From Gemmatimonadota bacterium (GTDB lineage Bacteria > Gemmatimonadota > Gemmatimonadetes > Gemmatimonadales > GWC2-71-9), in the NCBI GenBank assembly GCA_036679605.1, contig JAZDCZ010000407.1:91417-155416 (forward strand): 64,000 nt of DNA. The letters are read 5' to 3'. Numbering within the stretch: the first letter of the stretch is position 1; every line of letters begins with the position of its first letter. Positions 22,794-31,333 of this stretch are shown piece after piece. Position numbers and translations under genes: made by a program. Below the pieces are notes generated by a model. That model ran no database searches. It saw nothing but the letters and a program-made list of their open reading frames with translations, and was not told the origin of the DNA.

Positions 22794-23687
22794 ATGAGCA
22801 AATACCATCTCGCCGCCGTAGCTCTCACCAGACCCGCCGAGGAGGATTTGACCGCCGTCAGGGACGCCGTGGCGAAGGCCAAGAAATGGACATCGGACTC
22901 ATTGCGCCGTCTGGACATCCATGACACCGTCACTGTAAAGGTGAAACGGTTCGCTAAGTCGCCGAACTGGCTGGCCATGTACAGGTCGAATTCGCAGTTC
23001 GGCCGCAACCCTATATTCTGGATCAACGAGAACATCCTCGGCGTCCTGCGCGACGAGGATGTGTTGGACTCTGAGCTGCTCAAGGTGGTGTACGACAGTC
23101 TGCTGCACGAGTATGGCCATGTCGTATGGGAATGGGCCAGGACACGGGATTCTGAGACTTACGACATGCTGTTGAACGGCTTCTGGGATGACGAGGAGGA
23201 GTTCGCCGAGGGGTTCGTGCAGTTCGCGCTAAACGGCCTCGGAGAGAAGGGATATAGGCCAGTCGTCGAGGCGTTCGCCGAGAAGGTGTTCACCCCCGCC
23301 GCGTCCGCTGAGGGCGGCCTACTTCGGCTGGAGTGTCTCTGTGCGGACGACTTCGGTGCTAGGTACAAGGACGGCGACTTGACTGATGATGACGCAGCGC
23401 ACATCGAGAACTATGAGGAGACGCGGGCGGCGCAGCTCGCGATGGCCGAGGAGGCCCGGTCGCGAGGGATTGAATGTTATGTGTCGGACAGCGACGACAA
23501 GGACTCCCACCATTCCGATGCGTATATTTATTTCCCGTCCGGCCGCATGGCCGAGGTGGCGGAGATACTCGCCTCCGTCGGCCTCGATGGCGATGTGCTT
23601 GATGTGCCGGAGTGGTTCACCGACGAGAAACAGATATACGGCTGGATCGTGGAGAAGCATGAGAAGCCGGATTGGCACGGCGCTTGA
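22794..23687 (+). CDS. Putative zincin-type metallopeptidase domain protein
   Basis: LLHEYGH and EEEFAE motifs. Confidence 0.6.
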   Translation: MSKYHLAAVALTRPAEEDLTAVRDAVAKAKKWTSDSLRRLDIHDTVTVKVKRFAKSPNWLAMYRSNSQFGRNPIFWINENILGVLRDEDVLDSELLKVVYDSLLHEYGHVVWEWARTRDSETYDMLLNGFWDDEEEFAEGFVQFALNGLGEKGYRPVVEAFAEKVFTPAASAEGGLLRLECLCADDFGARYKDGDLTDDDAAHIENYEETRAAQLAMAEEARSRGIECYVSDSDDKDSHHSDAYIYFPSGRMAEVAEILASVGLDGDVLDVPEWFTDEKQIYGWIVEKHEKPDWHGA

Positions 23688-23712
23688 CTTTCGGTTCCGC
23701 GTATGCTATATT
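23684..23712 (+). promoter_or_regulatory. Sigma70-like promoter of tRNA cluster 1
   Basis: TTGACT-17 bp-TATATT with extended -10 TG. Confidence 0.75.
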
Positions 23713-23730
23713 AGAGTTGGAGAAAGTATT

Positions 23731-23796
23731 ATGTTGATGATCGCAGCAACCCGTGAACAAGAGCAGGCCGCCGAAGCGAGGGGGGTCTCCGGGTAA
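23731..23796 (+). CDS. Leader peptide of tRNA cluster 1 (MLMIAATREQEQAAEARGVSG)
   Basis: GGAG RBS; run GAA CAA GAG CAG GCC GCC GAA GCG matches downstream Glu/Gln/Ala tRNAs. Confidence 0.8.
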   Translation: MLMIAATREQEQAAEARGVSG

Positions 23797-23854
23797 GCTG
23801 CACTTACATGGCGAAGTGAACCAGCCCTGGAGACGCGAGTCTCGGGGCTTTTTT
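23785..23854 (+). terminator. Attenuator: antiterminator/terminator before tRNA cluster 1
   Basis: Terminator AGCCCTGGAGAC-GCGA-GTCTCGGGGC-T6; its 5' arm can instead pair with GTCTCCGGG/GCTG flanking the leader stop codon. Confidence 0.8.
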
Positions 23855-23859
23855 ATTGC

Positions 23860-23931
23860 GCCCCCATCGTCTAGTGGCTAGGACGCCAGTCCCTCAAGCT
23901 GGAAACACGGGTTCAAGTCCCGTTGGGAGCA
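23860..23931 (+). tRNA. tRNA-Glu(CTC)
   Basis: Cloverleaf; anticodon arm CCAGT-CCCTCAA-GCTGG; T-loop TTCAAGT. Confidence 0.9.
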
Positions 23932-23936
23932 TTTTC

Positions 23937-24009
23937 GGGGCCATATCTCAGTCGGGAGAGCGCTTCCTCGGCAAGGAAGAGGTCAAGGGTTCGAATCCCT
24001 TTGGTTCCA
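23937..24009 (+). tRNA. tRNA-Ala(GGC)
   Basis: GGGGCCA acceptor with G3:U70; CTTCC-TCGGCAA-GGAAG. Confidence 0.9.
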
Positions 24010-24013
24010 TTGT

Positions 24014-24179
24014 TGGGCCGTAGCAGAACGCCCAGTTAGGAGGTCAAGACAGAGCGACATCACGCGCGGACAGAGAGCGTAACAGAGGCACTGTGGCAAG
24101 CCGCCGGAGTGGTGGTGGGACACCTTCGGTGTGCTGCGCGCGGGACTCAGTGATTCGGGTTCAAGTCCCAGTGGTTCAG
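24014..24179 (+). ncRNA. 166-nt tRNA-like structured RNA with Gln-like acceptor stem and T-arm
   Basis: TGGGCCG/TGGTTCA+G ends, GGTTCAAGTCC T-arm, long non-canonical interior with UUCG hairpin. Confidence 0.5.
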
Positions 24180-24183
24180 TAGA

Positions 24184-24257
24184 GGGGTCGTAGCTCAACA
24201 CGGGAGAGTGCCTGCCTCGCAAGCAGGAGGTTGGCGGTTCGAGTCCGCCCGATTCCA
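24184..24257 (+). tRNA. tRNA-Ala(CGC)
   Basis: CCTGC-CTCGCAA-GCAGG; G3:U70. Confidence 0.9.
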
Positions 24258-24258
24258 T

Positions 24259-24330
24259 TGCCTTGTGGTGTAACTGGTAACACAGATGGCTTTGAACCAT
24301 CCGTTTCGGGTTCGAGTCCCGGTGAGGCAG
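24259..24330 (+). tRNA. tRNA-Gln(TTG)
   Basis: GATGG-CTTTGAA-CCATC; U1:A72, G73. Confidence 0.9.
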
Positions 24331-24332
24331 CA

Positions 24333-24403
24333 GCCCTTGTCGTCTAGCGGTAGGACAGCGCGCCTTCAACGCGCAAACGCCGGTTCGATTCCGGTCAAGG
24401 GCA
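24333..24403 (+). tRNA. tRNA-Glu(TTC)
   Basis: GCGCG-CCTTCAA-CGCGC. Confidence 0.9.
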
Positions 24404-24495
24404 TTCAGCCGAGCCACTGGTTATCGTCGGGTCATGGGTTGAAATCCTCGAACAGATAGCCATGCGACTGGTGCCATCCGGATTCGGCGCACAAA

Positions 24496-24519
24496 AAAGG
24501 CTGGCGCTAGCCAGCCTTT
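24496..24519. terminator. Probable bidirectional terminator
   Basis: AAAGGCTGGC/GCCAGCCTTT inverted repeat between convergent units. Confidence 0.7.
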
Positions 24520-24540
24520 CCTGTTTTTGCGATTCGGTGG

Positions 24541-24954
24541 TTAGGACAGGATTCCATACCGTTTGCCGCCGAGCTGCGACTTGATGCTTTTCGCATTTCG
24601 CTTTGAAATGATGTTGACTGCGAAGTGCCGACGTCCGTGACTTTTGCTGACGACCATCACATCGCCAGCCTTGGCGTTGGCGAGCGACACAAAGCCGCCA
24701 GTGAAGTGCGTTTCGTCGTCTCGTTGGAAGCCGCGAGAGTGTGCGATGACGGCCGCATCAACAGAGCCGACAAGGGTGCCGTTGCGCGACACATCAACCT
24801 TGACATTGGTCGCGGACGAGGGCAAAAGCGCGTAATTGGACACAACTGGTTGCGGTAGGATACCTTGGACGCTGAGCGGGATCAGTGGTCCGCCCTGATG
24901 CGAACCATTTGAGCCCACATCGGTTTGAGTGAGGATTTTTGCGAATTTCTTCAT
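24541..24954 (-). CDS. Stand-alone EcoRII N-terminal (B3-like) DNA-binding domain protein
   Basis: AGGAG RBS; KILTQTDVGSNGSHQGG resembles the EcoRII-N signature. Confidence 0.55.
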   Translation of the reverse strand: MKKFAKILTQTDVGSNGSHQGGPLIPLSVQGILPQPVVSNYALLPSSATNVKVDVSRNGTLVGSVDAAVIAHSRGFQRDDETHFTGGFVSLANAKAGDVMVVSKSHGRRHFAVNIISKRNAKSIKSQLGGKRYGILS

Positions 24955-25049
24955 TTCATTCTCCTTTTTTCTATCTGCCTGTCTGCCTGTCTGTTGGGCA
25001 CATGCCTTTGCACATATAGTTATATGCGCTCCGCAGGCGGAAGTCAACC

Positions 25050-26549
25050 TTAGAACTCAAAGAAAGCAAAGGCCGAGTGGAGGCCGAGCGCGGCCAGCGA
25101 CGCCCAGAATATAGTGAGTCCCACATCACGGCTGACACCCGTGTGTGATGGCTTAGCCCGCGAGCCGATGGCGTATCCCAAGGCCGCGATCAACAGCCCG
25201 CTACCCGCCGTCTTGAGCAGTACCCATCCAATCCCTTTCGGGAGGGTGTCTGTCCAGAGGGTGGCGAAATAGTTCCGCCGGAAGGCGGACACAGTGGCAC
25301 CGTCGGACGACAAAAGGAAGGCCACAAGGGACGCGTAACAGTTGGCCGCGAAGGCGATTAATGTCAGGATTGGTGCGGCGATTGCCATGGATAGCGATAT
25401 GTTGCCGTACAGGTAATGTCTAGGGTTAGCCCCAAGGTTGTGCATGGCGTCGAATTGGTGTGTCAATCGCCTAGTCCCGATATCTGCCGCTATGGACGCG
25501 CCACATTTGCCTGCGATCAATACACATATCAGCAAGGGAGCCACCACGCGGAACGCACTATACCCCGTCGCCGCGAGGAACTCCTCCATGACCAGCGGCA
25601 ATGTCATGTCCCTGTACGGCAGTTGCGAGAACCCGAAGAAGATTGTGACGAAGCCAGTGAGAGTTCCTGCGATGACGGCGTAGAGCGCGGTGTTCCCAAA
25701 GAGGACCATGCGCAGGTAGTGCAGGAGGTAGTGTACTTTCCATTGTGGTCGTGACCAGCCACGGAACGGTGCATTGGCGGCATCCAACAGCGTCAGTGCG
25801 ACTTCGCCAGGAGCCTCCACTATGGCTCGCATTTGTCCGCTAACTGCCACCACCCGTTGCTGTACCTCTTGCTCTTCCTCAGTTTGAGATCGGAAAAAGT
25901 CGTCCAGTTCCTGCGGAGTCACATCACGCAGCCGTTTTTCGGACGGATCCAGCAGTACTAATCTCGGCTGGTGGGGGATGAAGGCAGCGTAATCATGGCT
26001 CACCACGATGGTTGTTCGCCCTGAGTTTCGGTGTGTCCGTGATATCAAGTCTGCTACGGCTTTTGCCCGTTGTGGGTCGAGTCCAGTGGTTGGCTCATCG
26101 AACAGTAGGATATCTGGCTCCATGGCGAGTGTCCGAGCCAACGCGACTCGTTGTCGTTCGCCACCACTGAGGGTACCTGTCTTAGCATGAAGCGGCACGG
26201 ACATCTCGGCGAGCCGGCGTCTTGCTTCCCCTCCCTCCGCCTGTCTCTTCCGGTGGTCGATGGCGAATTGGACATTGTCGAGCGGGGAGAGTTCGTCGAA
26301 CAGCGCGAGTTTCTGAAAAACCACGCCGATCGTCGCATCATTTTTAGTGTGTATGTCGCCAGACACCTCCATATGGCTTGTCTGACGAGCCATGAGATTA
26401 AGCAGAGTGGACTTGCCGGATCCGCTCGGTCCAGCTAACACAATGAATTCTCCATCCTCCACGATCAGGTTTGCGCTCCGCAGCAGCGTTCGCCCTTCAG
26501 GTAGCGTGACAGACAGTGTATCGATGCTCAGTGCGGGTTGAAGCTTCAT
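25050..26549 (-). CDS. ABC ATPase fused to MlaE-like permease
   Basis: GPSGSGKS, LSGGERQR, LLFDEPT; C-terminal GASIAADIGT...DAMHNLGANP MlaE pattern. Confidence 0.85.
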   Translation of the reverse strand: MKLQPALSIDTLSVTLPEGRTLLRSANLIVEDGEFIVLAGPSGSGKSTLLNLMARQTSHMEVSGDIHTKNDATIGVVFQKLALFDELSPLDNVQFAIDHRKRQAEGGEARRRLAEMSVPLHAKTGTLSGGERQRVALARTLAMEPDILLFDEPTTGLDPQRAKAVADLISRTHRNSGRTTIVVSHDYAAFIPHQPRLVLLDPSEKRLRDVTPQELDDFFRSQTEEEQEVQQRVVAVSGQMRAIVEAPGEVALTLLDAANAPFRGWSRPQWKVHYLLHYLRMVLFGNTALYAVIAGTLTGFVTIFFGFSQLPYRDMTLPLVMEEFLAATGYSAFRVVAPLLICVLIAGKCGASIAADIGTRRLTHQFDAMHNLGANPRHYLYGNISLSMAIAAPILTLIAFAANCYASLVAFLLSSDGATVSAFRRNYFATLWTDTLPKGIGWVLLKTAGSGLLIAALGYAIGSRAKPSHTGVSRDVGLTIFWASLAALGLHSAFAFFEF

Positions 26550-27688
26550 TTGCCTGCCTTTTTCGCACGGAGAGTTACCCATGCCACATTGCGCCTCAAT
26601 GCGGTGGATCGTACTAGATGCACAATCTCCGGTCGAGTGACTCCGTTTTGGTCGAACATGACCGTCGATAGTATACTTTTCAGCGTCGGACCGAGCAATT
26701 CTATGGTGTGGTACATCTCCTGCCGTACATGCGGATCATCGATGAGCCTCTCCCGCAGGAAGTCGGCGGTGTGCGAGTTCTTGGCCATCGTTTCACGGTA
26801 GATGTCCGAAAGGAGTAGTTGAATCTGCTTATCGTCGCGCAGCCGCTGGAGAATTCCGCCCAGACGAGTTCTGAGTTCCTCGTCCTGCCGTGCCATGTCC
26901 CAAGTCTCATGCAACGCCTCGCGCAGTTCGTGTCGGTCGTCCTCCGGCATGTCAGATATCCAATCGCCGAGCCAGTCCAACATTAGTTCGTATGCGGCGC
27001 TGTAATTTCCCCGTACTATATTCCAAACAATCTGTGTTTTAGGAGCGTCGGCCAAAGCGTTGCTAGCAAGACGGCTCAAAGTGGGTGTCAGGTGTTCCTG
27101 GAGTATTGGACGCAGTCGCTGCTGTATCAGCGGCCAATCCTCGCCTAAGCGATCCAGATGTTTTTGGCTTATGGTTTGCATATCCCCGCTGTGGTTTCGT
27201 ATTACCGCTCCAAACTCTTCACTGACCAGACCGATGTATGCCATAGCCAAGCCGCCCGCGATTGGTTTCCAAATTTCCGTGAGTTCGGTGCCATTATCGC
27301 GCCATGCCAGCGAGATGTGGTCGGCCACGCGCTTTCGTATGGCGGGTGGCAGCAAGGCGGACACGGTTTCCTCCGCCGACATCGGCGTCTGCCAGCAGGT
27401 CGCCAATGTGTTGGATAGGTCGCCCAACCTCTGATCGACGGACAAAGCGATTGTGTCCCAGTGGACGGCACCTACTTCCCCGATGCGTCGCAGGCCATTC
27501 TCTGTGTCTAGGAACACAACATCCCCTGGAGAGATATTGTGTTCCCTCGGGGCAGGTATATGGAGTTCGCTTGTCGGTCTCAGCATGCGTCGGCATACAA
27601 TATATGCCGATCCGACTGCCCCCGACCCCGCTGAAAGCCACAGGACAGCTCCGAGGATTAGATGGATATTGCGGCTACCGCTGTGCAT
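26546..27688 (-). CDS. Membrane-anchored protein, possibly MlaD/MCE-like partner
   Basis: N-terminal TM, PGDVVF...IGEV, helical remainder; overlaps ABC gene. Confidence 0.55.
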   Translation of the reverse strand: MHSGSRNIHLILGAVLWLSAGSGAVGSAYIVCRRMLRPTSELHIPAPREHNISPGDVVFLDTENGLRRIGEVGAVHWDTIALSVDQRLGDLSNTLATCWQTPMSAEETVSALLPPAIRKRVADHISLAWRDNGTELTEIWKPIAGGLAMAYIGLVSEEFGAVIRNHSGDMQTISQKHLDRLGEDWPLIQQRLRPILQEHLTPTLSRLASNALADAPKTQIVWNIVRGNYSAAYELMLDWLGDWISDMPEDDRHELREALHETWDMARQDEELRTRLGGILQRLRDDKQIQLLLSDIYRETMAKNSHTADFLRERLIDDPHVRQEMYHTIELLGPTLKSILSTVMFDQNGVTRPEIVHLVRSTALRRNVAWVTLRAKKAGK

Positions 27689-27992
27689 TTATTTCTCTTT
27701 TATTCAAACGGCGTATCAACCCAGCGTCCGCTCGACCGATTATCATGACGGCTTCCAAACCGTCCGGCAGTTCATTCGTCTCAAACTGCCACCATGTCAG
27801 CCCCCCGTCTAATGTCAGAAGCCTGTAGACACCATATGTTTCGTCATCTCCCAACCTTTGGGCGAATTTGTCTTTGTAGGCCTGAACCGTGAGTTCTAGT
27901 CCGGCGTTCCTACCCTGCACATCAAACAGCATCGCGATCACCAGCCCCCACACGATTGCTGTTGTGATTCCGATAGCGATTTGTAGCTTCAT
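27675..27992 (-). CDS. Small membrane protein
   Basis: N-terminal TM helix, coupled to neighbours. Confidence 0.55.
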   Translation of the reverse strand: MKLQIAIGITTAIVWGLVIAMLFDVQGRNAGLELTVQAYKDKFAQRLGDDETYGVYRLLTLDGGLTWWQFETNELPDGLEAVMIIGRADAGLIRRLNKREINAQR

Positions 27993-27993
27993 G

Positions 27994-29130
27994 TTATTTT
28001 CCTGTCTCGGCGAATTTCTTGTATCTTTTTAGGTCATCCGGTTTCACAGAAGGCTTTATCCCCTTCAGTACGGAGAGGATATCCTGCATCGCGATGGGAC
28101 GCCGGTCGTCCTTCCCGCCGGATTTTACGAAGTCCATGAAAGGTACGCTCGCGGATTTCGTTGCGAGGTTCTTTATGTCTGCGCCGCTGTAGCCGTCGAG
28201 GGACTCGCACAGTTTATTGAGATTGACATCGTCGTCGAGAGGTCTGTCACCGAGGTAAATTTCCAGCATGCGCATCCGCGCCGCCGTATCCGGCAGACCA
28301 AGATAAGCCATCGTATCAAACCGGCCAGGGCGCATCATTGCGTCGTCCAACATCCACGGTTTATTGGTGGCTCCGATGAATAATAGACAGCGTTCCCCGC
28401 AGTCGAAGCCTTCCAACTCTTGTAGTATCTGCGGCACTACTCTTTGCATGACGGTTGATCCGCCCGACCCCCGACGTGGCGCGAGCGCTTCGATCTCGTC
28501 GATGAAAATGACGGCTTTCTCCTCTGCCTTCGCCGCATCGAACAATTTACTGACATTTTGTTCGGCCTCGCCGACCCATTTGCTCAGCATCTCGGCTGGT
28601 GACACCATGAAGAAGGTCGCGTCTATTTCGTTTGCCACGGCCTTCGCTATCATTGTTTTGCCTGTCCCTGGGGGGCCGTACACTAGCAGCCCGCCACCTG
28701 CTGAGATACCATACTCCGCCGCCTCTTCCGGATATGCGAGTGGGTGGATCATTTTGAGTCTGATTTCCTCCTTCACTTCATCCAGACCTGCGATGTCGTC
28801 GAAGCTGATGTCCGGTTTCTCTCGTACAATCCAGTCGTTGGCGTCGCTTCCATCATCTCCACTGTGATCCTTAACGCGGCCTTTCTTTCCGGACTTGCCT
28901 TTTTTTGCCGCGCATTCCTTCGCAAGGTCGATGAGCTGCTGCGCTAAGTCCTCCTGCTCGGTGCGCACATTGTCATCTGACCTGGTCTTGGCGATCCTGA
29001 GAAGGCAGTCTGCCGCCTGCATTAGGAATGGTTTGGCCTTGGCATGGTCACCAGCTTTGTAAGCAAGCAACCCTTTGGACTTCAGGCGATCGAATGTCTC
29101 GTACAATGGTGTTTTTGCGGTCACGGGCAT
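27994..29130 (-). CDS. AAA+ ATPase, Vps4/CdvC-like, with MIT-like helical N-terminus
   Basis: GPPGTGKT, SKWVGEAE pore loop, FIDEIE, ATNKPWMLD, RPGRFD, KPSV..DLKRYKKF C-terminal helix. Confidence 0.8.
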   Translation of the reverse strand: MPVTAKTPLYETFDRLKSKGLLAYKAGDHAKAKPFLMQAADCLLRIAKTRSDDNVRTEQEDLAQQLIDLAKECAAKKGKSGKKGRVKDHSGDDGSDANDWIVREKPDISFDDIAGLDEVKEEIRLKMIHPLAYPEEAAEYGISAGGGLLVYGPPGTGKTMIAKAVANEIDATFFMVSPAEMLSKWVGEAEQNVSKLFDAAKAEEKAVIFIDEIEALAPRRGSGGSTVMQRVVPQILQELEGFDCGERCLLFIGATNKPWMLDDAMMRPGRFDTMAYLGLPDTAARMRMLEIYLGDRPLDDDVNLNKLCESLDGYSGADIKNLATKSASVPFMDFVKSGGKDDRRPIAMQDILSVLKGIKPSVKPDDLKRYKKFAETGK

Positions 29131-29304
29131 TATTGGTACACTCCTGCGGCGCGAACGCTACAGACAGTTCATCTGCGCGGGATGGAACGCCGTCTGATTA
29201 TAGCATTCGCACAGGTTGGCAGTCAAGGGGCAATTACTTGCCTTGGTAATGTTTTTCAACCTATTTGATAGCGAGGTAACTGAATCTAAAAGGGAGGAAC
29301 GTAA

Positions 29305-29895
29305 ATGTCGATAGCGATAGAGCGAGGTTACAAAGCAGTGGTCACAACCACTGGAATAGATTTCAGTGGCGCTAGCGGCGGAGCGACGGCGTCATTTGCG
29401 TTGGCCAGCTTAATCGCCACGCTAAACGACGGCACCGCGCATTTCCTGGTGTTGGATTTTGAGTTGGACACGGCTCCCGCCACTTGGAGGCTTAGAACAT
29501 CCCTGGATGGTCTCGCCTTCATAGATCAAGGGACGGCGACAGGACCTACAGCCGCGTCTGTCACAGATACCGCACCGAATGTCACATTGGCCAATGCGTC
29601 CTCGACTGCTTTCGCGGATGAGGTTGTGATGTATGTTGGCCATACGACATTCACTACGGCTCAGTTGGGGAACATGTTCGACCTAGCTCAAGTTTTCGGC
29701 GCTGGTTTGGATCAGTTCAGCCAGTCCTTCGGTGCCCCGTTGTGTTGGCAGGCCACCGCCACAGTCAATGGCAAGGCATGGCGGGATTCCGGCAGTGGCC
29801 CTTGTCCGCCCGTTGTTCGCGTGCCGATGGGTGCGGCGGATGTCGTGGTAACCGACGATGGGATGCCTGTCAGCCCGAGGATTCTCGAGGGCTAA
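29305..29895 (+). CDS. Hypothetical beta-rich protein (partial LamG-like)
   Basis: GGAGG RBS; LNDGTAHFLV...ADEVVMY. Confidence 0.55.
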   Translation: MSIAIERGYKAVVTTTGIDFSGASGGATASFALASLIATLNDGTAHFLVLDFELDTAPATWRLRTSLDGLAFIDQGTATGPTAASVTDTAPNVTLANASSTAFADEVVMYVGHTTFTTAQLGNMFDLAQVFGAGLDQFSQSFGAPLCWQATATVNGKAWRDSGSGPCPPVVRVPMGAADVVVTDDGMPVSPRILEG

Positions 29896-29924
29896 GAGGC
29901 CACTTGTATTCACAAGCAAGGAAG

Positions 29925-29950
29925 AAAGCCCGCGTGAGTGGGCTTTTTTT
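29925..29950 (+). terminator. Intrinsic terminator
   Basis: AAAGCCCGC...GTGGGCTTT hairpin with T7 tail. Confidence 0.7.
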
Positions 29951-29985
29951 GCGCTTTCCGTCGGGTATAATCCCTTGAGGAGGGA

Positions 29986-30534
29986 TTGGATATAGTGAGA
30001 GATCAGGCGAAGATATTGTATCTTGGCGAACACCTGCGTCTGATGTTGGCGGACGGCAAATGGGAGTTCGTCGAAAGGATCAGGGCATCAGATGTGGTGG
30101 TGGTGGTGGTGGCGGCTACATCGGACGGCCACATGCTTCTCATCGAGCAGATCAGAGCGTCACTCGGTGCTCCAGTCATAGAATTGCCAGCCGGACTTGT
30201 CGGTGACTCTGAAAAGTACGAGAATCTCGCCGCTGCGGCTATCCGTGAGCTTGAGGAGGAGACTGGCTACACTGCGTCGTCCGTCGTGAAATTGACAGAG
30301 GGCCCCCCTTCCGCCGGATTGTCGTCAGAGGTGGTCACTTTCCTCCGGGCGACCGGACTCTCTAAGTCCGATAGGCCGGGTGCTGGGGAGGGCGACGGGG
30401 ATGAGGATATAACCCTTCACAAGGTGCCGTTAGGACGCGTGAGCCGTTGGCTTGCCAGCAAGTCGGGGGAGGGCATACTTATAGACCCAAAAGTGTATGT
30501 CGGGCTACATTTTCTTGGTGTCCCATTGCTTTGA
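29986..30534 (+). CDS. NUDIX hydrolase (ADP-ribose pyrophosphatase-like)
   Basis: ELPAGLVG...AAIRELEEETGY Nudix box. Confidence 0.9.
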   Translation: MDIVRDQAKILYLGEHLRLMLADGKWEFVERIRASDVVVVVVAATSDGHMLLIEQIRASLGAPVIELPAGLVGDSEKYENLAAAAIRELEEETGYTASSVVKLTEGPPSAGLSSEVVTFLRATGLSKSDRPGAGEGDGDEDITLHKVPLGRVSRWLASKSGEGILIDPKVYVGLHFLGVPLL

Positions 30535-30585
30535 CATACATACGCCACAATTCAAATTGGCTAAAAAACCGTTTGGAGATATAGG

Positions 30586-30939
30586 ATGCGCGTATTGCTT
30601 GCTCAGATTAACCCAAAAGTCGGTGATATCGATGGAAACCTCCGGATGATCCACGCCATGACGCATGCGAAGCGGTGTGGGTTAGGGCAGGCGGATCAGG
30701 ACACATTGCCACCGTATCCATTACTGGACACCATTCTCGAGGCATATGTGGAGGACGGCAGATCATCAGATGAGATCACAACTGCCACTGGGGAGTCGGA
30801 CTGGGTTGCAAGGGTCGTCGGGATGGTGGATCGGAACGAGTACAAGCGGAAGCAGGCCGCTCTAGGTCTGAGGGTCACATCTCGGTCGTTCGGCACTGGT
30901 TGGAGGATGCCGATAGTCGCCGAATATCGGGCATTTTGA
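30586..30939 (+). pseudogene. nadE: Internally deleted glutamine-dependent NAD+ synthetase remnant
   Basis: NadE N-terminus (AQINPKVGDIDGN) joined to NadE C-terminus (QADQDTLPPYPLLD...RNEYKRKQA...FGTGWRMPI) in 117 aa. Confidence 0.75.
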
Positions 30940-31025
30940 ACCTATATTTTGCTCTGTTAGCTCTTGCCACTTGTGCCTGCAAATTCGACATAAATATCAA
31001 CAAATAACAAAAACAGGTTTAGTGT

Positions 31026-31054
31026 TTGCCTTTCCGTTAGTAGTGGGATATAAG
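31026..31054 (+). promoter_or_regulatory. Sigma70-like promoter of Y-RNA/Ro60 unit
   Basis: TTGCCT-17 bp-TATAAG. Confidence 0.55.
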
Positions 31055-31058
31055 AGAC

Positions 31059-31121
31059 AGTGAGCCGAAGCTCGCTGGTTACCGCTATTGATCCGGCAGG
31101 CACAAACTAGCTCACTTTTTT
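31059..31121 (+). ncRNA. Y-RNA-like unit 1
   Basis: AGTGAGCCGA...GGTTA...CACAAACTAGCTCACT closing stem plus T run, upstream of Ro60. Confidence 0.6.
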
Positions 31122-31165
31122 GACGATAATCCGGCTCATTTATAGCTGGGTACGATGGTTTGGTT

Positions 31166-31221
31166 CGGGCCGACGCGGACGGGTTATCTGGTAATGACTC
31201 CCGTCCGCACAAACTTGCCCG
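31166..31221 (+). ncRNA. Y-RNA-like unit 2
   Basis: CGGGCCGA...GGTTA...CACAAACTTGCCCG; inner stem GCGGACGGG/CCCGTCCGC. Confidence 0.65.
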
Positions 31222-31333
31222 CCCCAGTCTTGCGATGCTTTGTCTCGGCGATTACTTGCCGAACAGAGGCTTCTGTGGCCGGAGCGGTTTGCCGCCTCGG
31301 CTTTTTTTGTGCGGACAGAGAAGGAGAATGGAG

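Noticed and set aside
23715..23860. T-box riboswitch as the explanation for the leaders
   Set aside because: No T-box consensus (AAnnnGGTGGnACCGCG) or long stem I; the region is short and holds a translatable ORF with an RBS.
24014..24179. tmRNA or group I intron-containing tRNA
   Set aside because: Too short for either, lacks Ala acceptor identity, and no tag ORF or group I core is evident; kept as an unknown tRNA-like RNA.
23983..24417. ORFs over the tRNA clusters (also 40366-40971 and 57740-57943)
   Set aside because: Spurious frames across tRNA genes.
31160..31333. N-terminal extension of Ro60 in the ORF track
   Set aside because: It overlaps the Y-like RNA and hairpin; the AAGGAG RBS and family-like N-terminus support a start at 31334 (or 31328).
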